Shown here piece by piece: positions 10,042-22,700 of a stretch of 64,000 bases of DNA. This stretch comes from Barthelona sp. PCE. Lineage: Eukaryota. The translations under genes and the position numbers were made by a program. The notes below the pieces were generated by a model that saw only the letters and a program-made list of their open reading frames with translations, did no database searches and had not been told where the DNA came from. The stretch lies in NCBI GenBank assembly GCA_040285745.1, contig JAUFOR010000005.1, forward strand, positions 124,001-188,000, in the 5' to 3' direction. Position 1 is the first letter of the stretch, and the number at the start of each line of letters is the position of its first letter.

Positions 10042-12534
10042 ATGAGCGATGATACACACACTGGGACCAAGCATACCTCAATTTTGACAGAAAGCAAAGA
10101 TTTTTCCGATCCATTGTCTAGTTCCAAGTCATACGATGTGCAACAACATCCTTTAATACGGTCTCTATGTGAATCACACATCAACGACTTATATTTGGAC
10201 CAATTGAGAGAATCTGAGCTTTTTCAAATGGAATATGCACAGCATAAGTTACGGGATAAAGATTACGAAGGTGCATTCATTGTTTTCGGAAAAGTTGAGC
10301 TCAAGATTGAGTTTATGAATCATCCAATAACGTTGGATACTTTACAAACAGGAGACATTATCTTTGGTACAGCTTTTTCACAACATTTTATGCCTTTAAC
10401 AGTGGATTTAGGGGCTAACGACGCCATGGGCTCGAGTGGATTTGTGCTATCACGCGTTGATTATACAGAATGTCAGTTTTTTGAATTTTCCATCACTGAT
10501 AATTTGGATTTATTCAATTCCTTTGTTGCTCAAAAAGATGTATTACTTCAAATAGCAGATATCTTGAGCTTTTCTTATAACTTTGAACACTTTTATTTAT
10601 GTAATTCTACAATACGAAGAAGAATTGTTAACTTCTTATCAATGCGTAATGTTCGTTTGGCAGATGTCACCCGATCAGAGTTGTTATACACAAGCGGGGC
10701 ACTGGTTGAGAATGCCAATTCTGTTAAAAGACAGTCTTTATTGTTGGATTTCATTCAGTTGGACTTATTACAAGTTCCTGATGATATTGAAGTTGTAATA
10801 TGTGAATTTTTATCTTCTTTTATAGCAATGAATTTGTTACCCATCATTCGTGATGTTTTACGGATGATGGAATTTAGAATTTTTATTAAATTGATGGAAT
10901 TGCAAGATATTAATGTATTAAATACCAATATTTGCAAACGATTTAATTCTAAACGATATACACATCGTAAAACACGTAGTTTTCTCCGTGAAGAACTGCC
11001 CATTATTGATAGTTTTTCATCAGCAGAATTTTCTCCAAGTGGTTCGCAAACAGATTTACATAATTTGGATAAAAAGATCGAAAAAGAAAAAGAAAAAGAA
11101 GATGATAAAGTTCGTGATATTGATACAGTAGCAGGATTCGACAACATTGAAGCTATCCAAGTGGAAACGTTAGATGTAGTTGATTTAATGCATTTCGACG
11201 ATCCATTGACTGGTGCACAAACACCAACCGATGTTCGTGCAATGGGTTTGAATTTTGATCTGTTAAGTGCTAGGATGGCTGAGTTAGGGTATAACATAGT
11301 GGACGATTCACCAAAATTGAATTTGGTCAAGAAAAGTCATAAAATTGATTATCATACCAATCAACGGTTGATGAATAGTTCACAGTTTGTTGACAGTGAA
11401 GCTTCACTGACAAGTTTCCAGTTAGACGTTCCAGTTCTGCGATCTACAGCCATTCCTGCATCACCAGTACCAGTTAGTGTAGATATTTTTGAAGATAAAG
11501 ATATTTCTTTCTTTAATATCCTTAAAGACACACTTGTTGAAGCTGGAGCACTTAACTATGAGCACATTGAAGCCCTGGATAGGTGTTGCAGCGACGCTGG
11601 AGTATTCTTGTCCAATAAGTTTGATGTAACTCCTTTTGCACGTCGCCCAACAAACACATATTATCTTTTTTATTATTTATGTCATTTTTTAGGTATTATT
11701 AAAGCATTTAATTTACGTGAAGCCAACCTTCGTAACTTTTGTTTTGATATTTTAGAGACAATGAATGCTGACGCTGATTATCATGGTAGGACACACATTC
11801 TGGATGTTCTATACGTGGTTGTATTGTGGGCAGCACAGGCAAAGATTGAGCAGTTCACCCCAGAGGAAACATTAGCTCTTGTTTTAGCATGTTTCGGACA
11901 CGATTCAGGACATCCAGGTTTATCAGAAGCTTGTTTGCGAAAAATTGGTCATGAAATAGTAGAAGCTTTCCCTGGTGCTTCACCATTGGAGAAATTACAT
12001 TTTAGAATCACTAAACATTCTATTCTTCATTCAGGATTATTATCTCATTTAGGAGATGTAACAGTTTCATTAATTTTGAAGAAAGTAGAGATTTTAATAT
12101 TAGCAACAGATATGGGTAGGCATATGGCTGTATTAAGCGAAGGAAAGACATTGAAGGGTATGAAATTAAAGAATTTATCTGAAGATAAACGATTATTGTT
12201 TTTACAATTATTAATTAAAGCGGCAGATATTTCTAATGTTTCAAGACATTTTGGTTTAGCAAAGAAATGGGCTCAAAGGTATTATTCAGAAGTACAAACA
12301 ATGTCTAATGATCATCCTATATTCAAACCAGATTTAAAACCTCCTTTACCAAAAAATATTCAAGAGGTTGCTAATCAACAAATAGGGTTCATATCTTTCT
12401 TGGTCAAGCCTCTGTTTCAGATGGTTGTGGACATATATCCTAATATTCAATTCACTCTGGATACTATTGACAGGAATGTTCAAAAGTATAAGATAATACT
12501 TGAGAATGAGGAAGGTAATGGTAGCAGTGAGTGA
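10042..12534 (+). CDS. Class I 3',5'-cyclic nucleotide phosphodiesterase with possible degenerate N-terminal cNMP-binding domain
   Basis: PDEase_I motifs YHGRTHILDV, HDSGHPG, LEKLH, ILATDM, LIKAADISN, QIGFISFLVKPLF. First ATG at 10042 (track start is TTG). Confidence 0.9.
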   Translation: MSDDTHTGTKHTSILTESKDFSDPLSSSKSYDVQQHPLIRSLCESHINDLYLDQLRESELFQMEYAQHKLRDKDYEGAFIVFGKVELKIEFMNHPITLDTLQTGDIIFGTAFSQHFMPLTVDLGANDAMGSSGFVLSRVDYTECQFFEFSITDNLDLFNSFVAQKDVLLQIADILSFSYNFEHFYLCNSTIRRRIVNFLSMRNVRLADVTRSELLYTSGALVENANSVKRQSLLLDFIQLDLLQVPDDIEVVICEFLSSFIAMNLLPIIRDVLRMMEFRIFIKLMELQDINVLNTNICKRFNSKRYTHRKTRSFLREELPIIDSFSSAEFSPSGSQTDLHNLDKKIEKEKEKEDDKVRDIDTVAGFDNIEAIQVETLDVVDLMHFDDPLTGAQTPTDVRAMGLNFDLLSARMAELGYNIVDDSPKLNLVKKSHKIDYHTNQRLMNSSQFVDSEASLTSFQLDVPVLRSTAIPASPVPVSVDIFEDKDISFFNILKDTLVEAGALNYEHIEALDRCCSDAGVFLSNKFDVTPFARRPTNTYYLFYYLCHFLGIIKAFNLREANLRNFCFDILETMNADADYHGRTHILDVLYVVVLWAAQAKIEQFTPEETLALVLACFGHDSGHPGLSEACLRKIGHEIVEAFPGASPLEKLHFRITKHSILHSGLLSHLGDVTVSLILKKVEILILATDMGRHMAVLSEGKTLKGMKLKNLSEDKRLLFLQLLIKAADISNVSRHFGLAKKWAQRYYSEVQTMSNDHPIFKPDLKPPLPKNIQEVANQQIGFISFLVKPLFQMVVDIYPNIQFTLDTIDRNVQKYKIILENEEGNGSSE

Positions 12535-12671
12535 CCGTCGCATTATAGTAAACAAAAATTTATCGGAATGTAGGTATGAGGTGTTTAAATATATTGGGCA
12601 GGGATTGTTTAATCATCTTTCTGCTTTTTCACGCATACTTTTTTTTGGGGGGCGTTAACATGATATTTTAG

Positions 12672-14738
12672 ATGGCCAGAACTCCTAAAAAATTGAATAT
12701 TGGCGATTTAACAGAGTTACCACCAATTACGGAGAGTTCAGCTGCTATAGCTGAATTACCTCCCCGAAGAGCATCATCCCGCCCATCCACAGCCGAGCTG
12801 AAGCTTAAAGGCTTAAAAATGGATGGTTTCTTCATACTAAAACATTCCGGTTGTTCAGATCCTAAAGAAGTTAAAAGTTTCGTTTGCAATTCACGCACAT
12901 TGAACGCCGTTGACGAGAATGATGCTGCTACATTCGAAGATTTGCTTTACATCGATGTTGGAGATAATAGATTGCGTTTGGAATATTTTGTACATTTTAA
13001 AGAGCTAATAGCGTTAAGGCTACACTGTAACGGCATTTCTCGAATCCAGCTAGACCCCAGTAAGCTACTTGATAAGCTAGAAATACTTGATTTGTCGTAC
13101 AATAGTTTGACAGATCGTTGTTTTAAAAGTTTATCACAGTTGAGTAATTTAAGAGAACTTGACCTGAGTTACAACGAAATCACACTCACTAATGAGGACA
13201 TTCGAGACTTTTTAAAAGTATTTTTAAACTTAGAAATATTAGTTTTATCAAAAAATAATATCAAAGATTTTAGTTTTCTATCAACTATGCCAGCTTTAAA
13301 AGAATTATCTCTTGCCGGCAACGAAATCAATACTTTGGTTGCCTTTGATGAATATATACAGGAGAAAGATGAAATTTTTTTCCCCAAACTTGAGTATGTC
13401 AACCTCAGTGAAACATTGGTAGAATCAGCTGAAGAACTTGGAGCGTTCATGGGATACCCGAGCATTGATGTCGTTGATGTTCGTAGTACAGGTCTTGATC
13501 ATCGATACAATGCCATCGAGTTAGAGCTCAAACCCAAGCTACAATTTATTCTTTCGGGTGGCAATGAACCGAACACTAGTTATGAAATGCATCGTGTGGA
13601 AGAGGAAGAGGATCCGTTCTACAGGGACAGAAAGGAGAAAAGAGAAAAGAAACGTTTGGAGACGAGGAAGAGAGTAAGTAGAGCATCAACAGCGTATTCA
13701 GAATTGACAACTGATGCAGAAACAGAATCTACAGAATACAGTCCAAATTTTGATAGTACAGTCAAGGAGAATCTTGTAGATGTTCCAGATTCCAAAACAG
13801 ATGCATCAATGGATGTTCGGTTGCTGAATATGCCAACAATCAGGTGTCCCACTCATAGTGAATTAAAAGAGGTTTTCAACGCAGGAATGACTAGTATTAA
13901 GGTAGCGTACAGTTTACTTTCAAGTGAAATCTCTGACCCAGTAGTCTTTTCAACCGAGTTACCAAAATTGCCGAGTTTGATTTCTCCAGAATCTAAAGTA
14001 AGAAAGTGGTTTGTTTCAACCATAGGACTTCGCACAAACATTGATTTAGATGTTGTCAGCCATCAGCGTAACACCAATAACATGAGACAGCGTTATAAGG
14101 CTAGGCCAATGCGCTTGGAAGAAGATTTACAATATCGTATCGACGAAGCACTTGCTCGACGTGACTTTTTGTCAGCCGATGTGCTTGATCCTAATGGTTT
14201 GAGCGTTATCACTGATAAATATATGGGTAAATTGAAGAAGAAGCAGACAAATGAAAAGATCCGCAAACAAATATCTAAAAGAAGCATGGAAGTACGTGCA
14301 GTTTCTGATGCGGTCAATACTATGCTGGTTGATATGTCCAGTAAGTTGGAAACCGCCACGTCATCACTTGGTACACTTATTAATAACCAGAAGGATACAG
14401 TTGCAGAGTATGGTTTACCTAAGACAGTTGGTCAACTAAAATCATTTAAGAAGGTTAACGGCATGCTCAAGGATGCTCAGCACGAATATATGATGCTCAG
14501 AGATATGATTTTGTCAGTTGGCGAAACAGATAGCAAACAGGAGCTGAAGGTTACCATTGCAGATACAGTCGATCTACCAGAGCTTGATAAGGTAGATTCA
14601 CCCAGTGTAACACCTAGACTTCGAGAAGGTAAGAAAGGCTACGTTCATGGATATGAAGTGGGTTCTAGTGATGTATTTATGCGCTCTCCTTCACAATCGA
14701 AGTTAGCACAGATTGAAAATGCAGTATTTGTAAAGTAA
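12672..14738 (+). CDS. Leucine-rich repeat protein, XRRA1-like
   Basis: Multiple LRRs (LEILDLSYNSL, LRELDLSYNEI, LEILVLSKNNI, LKELSLAGNEI). N-terminal MDGFFIL...LLYIDVGDNRL recalls XRRA1; the family call is tentative. Confidence 0.7.
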   Translation: MARTPKKLNIGDLTELPPITESSAAIAELPPRRASSRPSTAELKLKGLKMDGFFILKHSGCSDPKEVKSFVCNSRTLNAVDENDAATFEDLLYIDVGDNRLRLEYFVHFKELIALRLHCNGISRIQLDPSKLLDKLEILDLSYNSLTDRCFKSLSQLSNLRELDLSYNEITLTNEDIRDFLKVFLNLEILVLSKNNIKDFSFLSTMPALKELSLAGNEINTLVAFDEYIQEKDEIFFPKLEYVNLSETLVESAEELGAFMGYPSIDVVDVRSTGLDHRYNAIELELKPKLQFILSGGNEPNTSYEMHRVEEEEDPFYRDRKEKREKKRLETRKRVSRASTAYSELTTDAETESTEYSPNFDSTVKENLVDVPDSKTDASMDVRLLNMPTIRCPTHSELKEVFNAGMTSIKVAYSLLSSEISDPVVFSTELPKLPSLISPESKVRKWFVSTIGLRTNIDLDVVSHQRNTNNMRQRYKARPMRLEEDLQYRIDEALARRDFLSADVLDPNGLSVITDKYMGKLKKKQTNEKIRKQISKRSMEVRAVSDAVNTMLVDMSSKLETATSSLGTLINNQKDTVAEYGLPKTVGQLKSFKKVNGMLKDAQHEYMMLRDMILSVGETDSKQELKVTIADTVDLPELDKVDSPSVTPRLREGKKGYVHGYEVGSSDVFMRSPSQSKLAQIENAVFVK

Positions 14739-14769
14739 TTGGCTATTTATTACAAGAATTAACAATTTT

Positions 14770-16735
14770 TTAGTTTTCATCAAAGAAGAATGGGAAGTGT
14801 TTTTTTAACAGCTCATTGCAAGCATCAAGTTGTTGATATTTTTCAACATTACGTTGACTCTTTGATACTAATACAGAAACACAGTTCATCATAATTCTCC
14901 ACGTCTGCAGAGCTCTGGTAATTTCAATCTTAAAATTAGGACAAGAATCAATAATCCAAACTCCATCTTCATCCCTTTCAAACATATCAGGGTTACTAAT
15001 TAAATTAAAAACAATTTGTCCAAGTACACAACCACTTTCGTTGAAATCTTTAAATGGTAATGATTCAAGAGCACGAGCAACTTCCCAACATGTATTAGGA
15101 CTGAAATCTTGCATTTTATGCATATGTTGAATAATAATAGTTTCCATAAAGAAATGCAAAGACTCGTACATATCGATAGTGGACTCGTAAAATGCAGTGA
15201 TTTCAGGGTGATACTGCATTGTATCCGGTAGTGGGTTTGTAATTGTTACTGGACACATTCCAAAATATCGACAAATATAACGCTCTTCAGGACTCAATAA
15301 ATCAGCATAATAACCATCTCCATCAAATTCAAATGTAAAAAAGACATCTCCGGCAAACATCATTGGATGCCATCCCACGAATATATCAACGTATTCATTG
15401 GGTAAATCATTAGGAATAGTGAAGCGACCCGGTTTTTCTCTATCGGAATATTTCACTTGATGGAACCAACCTGAGAATCGGTGCTCGCCATTGCTGCGCT
15501 GCTTGACCTTTATGACGTCAATCCAACGTAATAAATTAGACATTGCATAAAAACAAAGTTGTGAAGTCGTTAAACGAGGTGCAGCTTGGGGTTCAAAAAC
15601 GGTAAACGCTTCATCTTTGGCAATGTGCTTGATAACGTCATTGAAGCCATCAACAGAAATATGTGAATGAGACAAAGCAACGTATAACTGAGATCTTGTC
15701 GATTCCGAGATGATTGGGAAAGTACTACTTGTGATATCAATATTAAAACCATCTACACCGGTTAAAAGGTACATACCACGGCCAAATGCACTCGAACAAA
15801 ACTCAGAGATTCCGTTGACAGGAAAATTGGTATCAGGGTGAATAAAATCATGAACTTGTAAACTTCTGGCTAAACGAGGGGAAATAACATCAATGGCCAT
15901 ATATAAGTCCATATAGACGGGGAGACGATCACCAAAGAAATTGGTCATTTCTTCAACAGAGATACTACGACTACTAATTAATTCACGACAATTTTTATCG
16001 ATATTATAAACGAGGAACCCAATATAACTTTCAAACATTTTTTTAACCTTGTTACCGCCCGATTGCCTGGTGATGTCACTGTAATTTGAAAAACTACAAC
16101 GAAGATTAGTGAAGAAACTGGATTGAGGTAGTTGAATAAAACCAACTTCACTTCCAATAGAATTTTCAACATCCATGAGCTTCAGAAAATGGGCGACATA
16201 GTTGGAACAGAAGATATATTTAACCTTCTTAGAAATTGCAAGTGAACATATTTGTGGCTCGAATAAATCAGGCGAAACAATAAAAGCAACACTCTTCTCT
16301 TTCAAGATCGTTTTGAGCAGTGAGAAGTGCTTGTGCAAGAAAGTGTACTTGGTAGGCTCTTCTTGGTTCTTCCATTGATTAATTGTATTTTTTGGAGGTC
16401 TTAATTGCATTCCTTTAGGATCATAAAAAGCCTTGAAGACAAATATAGGATCGAAGTGCCTACTAAACGTTAGTAAAAGTTTGTATTGGTTGCGCAACAT
16501 ACAGAAAAATTCTAAGACGTTCTTCAAGTGTGCTTCGTAAGCCAATAGGGACACCAAATGATCTGAACGGCCCAGTACTGTCATATTCTTGGAAATCCAT
16601 GAAAAAATCCCAGGCGCTGACGATAACAGTTGGTCTATTGTTCACAAAAGTGCTTACATCGAGCTCAAATTGAGGCACGTCACTCTTGCTTCTTCTAATC
16701 TCCTGTAGCAGATTTAAACTTTGAGCTAAGTCCAT
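14770..16735 (-). CDS. MKT1: MKT1-like PIN/XPG-fold post-transcriptional regulator; two exons, complement(join(14770..16462,16503..16735))
   Basis: Removing the intron joins ...GVPIGLRSTLEERLRIFL to RHFDPIFVF in frame. The N-terminus and the C-terminal SLPF...SGCVLG resemble MKT1 conserved blocks. Confidence 0.65.
16463..16502 (-). other. Spliceosomal intron, 40 nt
   Basis: Minus strand GTATGTtgcgcaaccaatacaaactttTACTAACgtttAG; perfect branch-point motif; splicing joins two out-of-frame ORFs. Confidence 0.9.
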
Positions 16736-17029
16736 GTTTTTTAGAAAAGGGAAGAAAAAGTTGTAACAAAATTATTTGATGACATTAGGAAGGAATTCAG
16801 TCTCTACCTCGGAAATTCTTCGTTTGATTTATTAAAAAAAACACAATAGAGATGTGATTGGAAAAATAGCATTGCTCAAAATTATCACATTACTATTTTC
16901 ATCGCAAACTTCTGTATGTGCTCATAGCAATTACACACTTTCATTAGTTAAAAGTAAATAAAGCTAAAATATGATAACCTGCTCAAAAAAAAAAGTCATA
17001 TGCTTTTAAATATATACAAAATTGCAAAA

Positions 17030-18232
17030 TCAAGACGAAACAAGACAGAAACAGTGTACAGCATTGGTAAAATATTCTAAACGTTCTTCTAAAACTTGCT
17101 TCTTCAAACCCAGTTTCGTATAATGATGTATAAAACCTTCAGAATGCAACAACGTTGATGAACTCCTTACAATCTCCAACAGTATATCAACTAGGTGCAT
17201 TGGAAAGCACGCAATTGTTGCTGCAGATTTCAACCCCCACATGCTGTATGCATCGTCCTTTGATATCATCGACACAACGTTTTCGGAAGGACACAGGTTT
17301 CTGAAAATATTAGTTGGTGGTATAGTTGCAGATTTTGAACGAATAATATTAAAAAGTCTCAAACAAGTATTGTTTTCATGTTGTAAAGTATATTTTGGAT
17401 AGAATTGAAGACAATCACCAATCACCGAATTGGCATTCTGAAAAGAATAAAATTTTCGTTCCTCTGAAACTAATGCACTGGAAAAACATGTAAATACACG
17501 ACCTATAGTCACCACACATTGCTCAATGGGGTGGATACAATCCTTTAGCGGATATACTAATTGAAATACTGCATGGGCTATTATATCGTTTATATGTCCT
17601 AACTCTAACTTATCTGGAACTTCTAAATGTGGATTGATTCTTGATATATTATTCAATAACTTAGATATAACATCATTAGGGAACATACATACAGAAGAAC
17701 AATATTCAAAACAATATGATAATGTCAATGCTGAATTCATACTTTGAAGTGTTAATTCTCTGAATGGATGCATCATTGGTAAGATACAATAGCTATGTAG
17801 CATTGCATTGGGGAGATATCTATGTAATTCAAAAATTAACTTTGAACCAAAGCCTCCTCCTGTTCCTCCTGCTAATGAATGTATTATATGTAGGTGACCC
17901 AAAAAACCCATTCTTCTTATATAATCCACCTCATCGCATACTCTCTGGACCGTAAGCGTCGATTCTTGGTGAATAAAACCATGAGCCCAGTTATTTGAGG
18001 ATCCTCCCTGTTCATAAACAAAATGCTTGATATTCAGACCCATTTCAAGTGCACTTTCAATTACTTTCGGCTCCTTGTCGACCAAAATACATCTGGGTAC
18101 CCATTGCCCGTCTCTTGGATCTTTATAAAAAAATAAACTCCTATACTTTGGTTCCTTTTTGCAATGAAGAGAAAGAAATTTGAACAACCGGCATCCGATC
18201 TGCGTTCCACACTGCCCCACAAATAAAAACAT
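17030..18232 (-). CDS. Divergent delta-tubulin (delta/zeta class)
   Basis: VGQCGTQIG, ILVDKEPKVI, GSSNNWAHGF, HSLAGGTGGGFGS, C-terminal FIHHYTKLGL. Confidence 0.8.
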   Translation of the reverse strand: MFLFVGQCGTQIGCRLFKFLSLHCKKEPKYRSLFFYKDPRDGQWVPRCILVDKEPKVIESALEMGLNIKHFVYEQGGSSNNWAHGFIHQESTLTVQRVCDEVDYIRRMGFLGHLHIIHSLAGGTGGGFGSKLIFELHRYLPNAMLHSYCILPMMHPFRELTLQSMNSALTLSYCFEYCSSVCMFPNDVISKLLNNISRINPHLEVPDKLELGHINDIIAHAVFQLVYPLKDCIHPIEQCVVTIGRVFTCFSSALVSEERKFYSFQNANSVIGDCLQFYPKYTLQHENNTCLRLFNIIRSKSATIPPTNIFRNLCPSENVVSMISKDDAYSMWGLKSAATIACFPMHLVDILLEIVRSSSTLLHSEGFIHHYTKLGLKKQVLEERLEYFTNAVHCFCLVSS

Positions 18233-18396
18233 TACGAAAAACGTTGAAAATCAGAAAACAATTTTTCCATCCCTTGCTATCAAATTTATTTGCTATATTA
18301 TCCCGTCCATGCTCCGATTGTAGCGCATGTATCCAGGAGGAGTTAAAATTAATTATGTATTTTTACGAATTGATGTGTTACTATCAACTATAATGG

Positions 18397-19155
18397 TTAT
18401 TTATCTTCAAAAGGTGTTGGTGTAGCATTTGGACTTCCACCCGTTAAGCCAACTTTGGGTATCATTGGTCCAAAACCTAATGTAGGGTTAGCAGAAGCAG
18501 GTCTTGATCGACTTATAGGTCGTAATAAACTGTTATTATCGTCATTTATATTATCAACCACGTTAGAAGGATGTAAGACAACATTAATACTCTCTGAAAG
18601 TTTTTCAGTTCGTATTCTATCAAAATCATTACTACAAAATTCAGATAACAAAACACTTAAATCTCCTAATTGATTATTTAAATTGATTTCGTTTCTAGCT
18701 CCTAAAACATTATAAGTAGTTGGATAGTAAGAATATTTATGATATGATTGACTAAACTTCACATTAGCAGTAGGAATATGTTGAACTAAACCCTCTTCTT
18801 CTAATTGTAATACATCATCATGGAAACTATGATATACTAAACCTATTCCCCTTCTACCTGTTGGGTTAGCTCTTAATTTTCTCAATAAATCTTCTTTATC
18901 AGTAGGATTTAGCGCAGATACCCATCTAAAACCTAAATTGACATCATATTCAACAGCCAGTTCTTCTTTAAGTTTTTTGAACCAATTTGCCCAATTCCGA
19001 TGACAAGATTCAGGTAAAGAAAAATTATGTTCTTTAAAAAATGATTTTATCCGGGTTTCTGACCAATACACACCTGGGACCTTGCGCAACTCTTCTCTAA
19101 ACTTTGGTGGACTGAGTGTTTGAGAGAAACTTCTCTTTGAGATGATCATAGACAT
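18397..19155 (-). CDS. Putative TFIIE beta subunit (TFA2-like winged helix)
   Basis: FRWVSALNPTDKEDLLRKLRANPTGRRGI...VLQLEEEGLV resembles the TFIIE-beta core; size fits; weak similarity only. Confidence 0.4.
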   Translation of the reverse strand: MSMIISKRSFSQTLSPPKFREELRKVPGVYWSETRIKSFFKEHNFSLPESCHRNWANWFKKLKEELAVEYDVNLGFRWVSALNPTDKEDLLRKLRANPTGRRGIGLVYHSFHDDVLQLEEEGLVQHIPTANVKFSQSYHKYSYYPTTYNVLGARNEINLNNQLGDLSVLLSEFCSNDFDRIRTEKLSESINVVLHPSNVVDNINDDNNSLLRPISRSRPASANPTLGFGPMIPKVGLTGGSPNATPTPFEDK

Positions 19156-19754
19156 CTTTAAATGTGTTTGTGCTTGGAACGCTCCTAGTTATGCAAAAAA
19201 ACCTGGTAAGGAATAAATAATCCTTGAGAAGAGTGAGAAACCCGAATACAATGTTTACTGTGCAGTAGTAGGGTTTCATGTGCTGGAAGCAGATGGGAAC
19301 ACTGGATGTGGGTTTTGTGGTTGTTTGAAGTTCAGTTGGAGAGCATGGGTAAGGTGAGAAAGTTGAGCTTGATATTACTTTTTCTACTTTTATGTTTGTA
19401 TCAGTATCGGTTCTTGGGGCATTTTTAGCAGATGTACTTTGTTTTTTTTATCAATTGGGAAAGAGTATTTACAGCATTTTTTTAGTCTTCAGCATTTGCT
19501 TATACTGCTATTTATTTGGGTTAATGGGTTCAGTGATAAGGAAGAGACACATGGGGAGCATATTATGCCTAAATACAGATTTTGGATTAAAAAACGCAGA
19601 TTTTAACGTATCATAAGTTTATAGGTCATAAAGCATGTATTTGAGGTTCAAATATTAATAAATGCGATAATATTGTTTTGTCAATAAAGTAAAGTTGAGC
19701 GGTTCAATTTTTGTGCTATCTTCATGTTTATCTATTTTCACCCTTTTCATTTGC

Positions 19755-22700
19755 ATGCTTACATCCAATTCGTTAGCTCTGATCGAGACAGACTTCGGAT
19801 TTGACAAGACAAGCGCAGAGATCCTCGAGCAGGAAGCGGTTCTTTATGAAAACCTTTGTCAGCTAGATAACAATAACAACGATATCGTGGAGGATGTAAA
19901 GACCCGCGGTATGAACACTAAATTCAAAAAAGGGGCAGAGGCAGAGTTTACCAGAGAAATCATGATGGAGCTTGATGCAGGATACATGGCATCCCTACAG
20001 CGTGCTTTTGGTGAGAATTCAGTCGACATTGTCGAGTTTATTAGAATTATGAAGAAACATTTGGCAAAGAACGAGGAATCATTGATGTTAGAGATTAATC
20101 TAGCTCGTTTATTTCAAGAAATTGATGTTAACGGTGATGGATCGCTCGAATGGTCTGAGTTCACTGAATATATTTCTGAAACAGCCACTACAACTTTTGA
20201 TGATCAATCCTTTGATACTCTTCAAACTATATGTGCTGTTGATCTTTTACCTGATAATAATGGAGCATCCCACCAATGTGAGCGTATTTTACATTGTCCT
20301 GCACCTCTTGATAAGGTATTAACAGCTGAAGGTAAAATGTTATGTGTATATTCAACAACAAAATTAGAAAAATTGAAAGAAATTGCTGGTCATACAGGTC
20401 CTTTAAATGATATTTTGTATATCCCAAAGGATAACATCATCGTCACGGTCGGTATGGATGGTGTGGCAATTGTTTGGGATGGAGCTACTCTGAATTATAA
20501 GAGGTATATTCTATTACCTGCAGTTGCATTGGTACTTGCTCATGACGAACCGAATAACCTGATTCTATGCGGTGGCATTGATGGAAGAGTGTATGGTATT
20601 GATATCAAAAGTTTAGCCTTGGTTGTTGCATATTGCTTGCATCCTTCACATGCTGTTCCTTCAGTCCCGACACGTCTTCTTCGCAACGACAGCGATAACC
20701 CCCCTCAGGTTGGCGTCCAGGGTAAGGTCGAGGCCATGCCAGAATTAAGTTTTGAAGAGAAGCCGGAAAAAGGTTGGAAAGGAACGTTGATGTCTGCGTC
20801 TAAATACAGGCAAATGCGATCCACAGCGAGCGTGGCTGCCAACAACAGCGGCTACGAGGTCGAGAACTTTTTAGTAGAGAATGAGGAAAAAAAAAAAAAG
20901 AGTGAAAAGAATTCTAAACAAGTTCGGAAACAGTTTAATCAAATGAAGAGTGATTATAAAAAGGTCGAGGTCAACACTAGATCGAAAATCATCAATAATG
21001 AACGTCCTAATATATTTGTTACTTCAATCCAAAATTTACCTTCATTGGGTCTTTTCGCAACAGGAATGTCCGATGGTTCTATCCATCTATGGGACCCATT
21101 CAACGGGCCAAAAAAGGTCTTAAAAGCACATACACGTTCAGTCGTCACATTAAGTTGGAGCGATGATATTCATATGCTGATCTCAGGTGGATTAGACCAC
21201 CGTATATTGGTATGGAACACAGTAGTCGACGTGCCAGCCTTCCATCTCGACAACAACAGTGATTCATTGGTGGGAATCACATCCCTACGTGGTGGTCGTT
21301 TGGTTACGGTTGATATTAGTGGTTCTGTTTCCATCTTTGATATGCATAGTTTAACTGTTGTGCAGAGTTGTACAGTACTTTTCTCACATCTCCCGGTCAT
21401 TGACATGTCATTAGATAAAGAATCATTCTTATTATATGCGTGTTCTACTGATCGTTTAGAGATTATTGGACGTGATGTGGATGTAGATCTTAAATTAACC
21501 GGTCCTTCTTCTATTGCTGACTTTTGCTACCTCGAACCACATCTTTCTTTTGCTACTTTAGCCAATAATCGCTTAGCTTTATGGGATGTTCATACAGGAA
21601 ATCAGATTAAGTTCATGGATGTTGAAAATCAAATGACAGCTGTTTGTACAGATGACCGTGACAGAAAACTGATCATCGCGGATGTTATGGGTAATGTTAA
21701 TGTTTATAATAGTAGTACTCTTAATTTCATGAAGTTTTTAACTCCTCTCAACTGCGAGGTCGTAAGTCTCGCATACGCAAAGAAGAGCAGGCGCATAATC
21801 ACCGGTGCGCTGGATGGAATCGTGAGATGTTACGACGAGGAGCAGTTGGAAGGGCCTATAGATCCACTCTTTACGACATCCGCTCATCCCGCTGAGATTA
21901 CGCAGGTTGCTGTATCGGAGAGCGTCATCTGTAGCGCAGATGCTGATGGTAACATTGGCTGTTGGGATCCTGAGACAGGGACAATTCTCAGTGGAATTTT
22001 CCCTACATGCAGTGTACCTGGTCATGTATCAGCGATTACATTCCTAAAAGGATCAACGGCATTTGCTGTTGCTGATGTTTATGGTCACATTTGTATATTT
22101 ACATCAAAGGAGACAACCAGACCTTTTAAATTAGTAACAAAACTTACTGTAAGACCAGAGAAATTGGAGAAAGTGGAATTCAAGCGCGCAAAGGTTGAGG
22201 CTGATCGGAAGAAGTTACGTACTGTATCCAAGAGAGAAGAGAGAAAGAAGCGTGACCCAACGCTCTTCATTGTTACAGGTTTATGTTATGACAGCAGTGA
22301 TCAGGAGCTTTATGTTTGTGATGAGAGCGGTGCTGTTACCGTTTTTGATCTTAGTTCAATACTTGCATGCAGTGAATTCAGTCGCTTAAAGAGTGTGCAA
22401 ACAACAGGTTTCCGTCGTTTAAGTGTGTTTGAAACAGATACAATAACTAACCAGAACAGTGAGGCTAGCAGTAATGCACCAGCTTTCCTTACCGAAACTC
22501 AATTTGCATCTTCTTTAACAGAGGAGTTGGAACCAATCAGAAGGTTTACTGTTGATGTTAATGAGAGTGTTGGTATTGTTAAGGCACTATTGCTCAGTAA
22601 TCCTGTATGTTTAATTTTGAGTCTTAACGATAAGAGAGTTGTTTTTGTGGATCCTAAATGTGAAGACGAGGAAATGAACTCATTGGGTGTCCTTGAGCAA

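Noticed and set aside
19097-19616. Stop-free minus-strand stretch of about 120 codons and a 74-aa plus ORF upstream of the TFIIE-beta-like gene
   Set aside because: No convincing start, motif or consensus splice sites; cannot support a gene
20887-20899. A13 run inside the WD40 gene as a possible frameshift site
   Set aside because: Frame stays open (EKKKKS) with WD repeats on both sides
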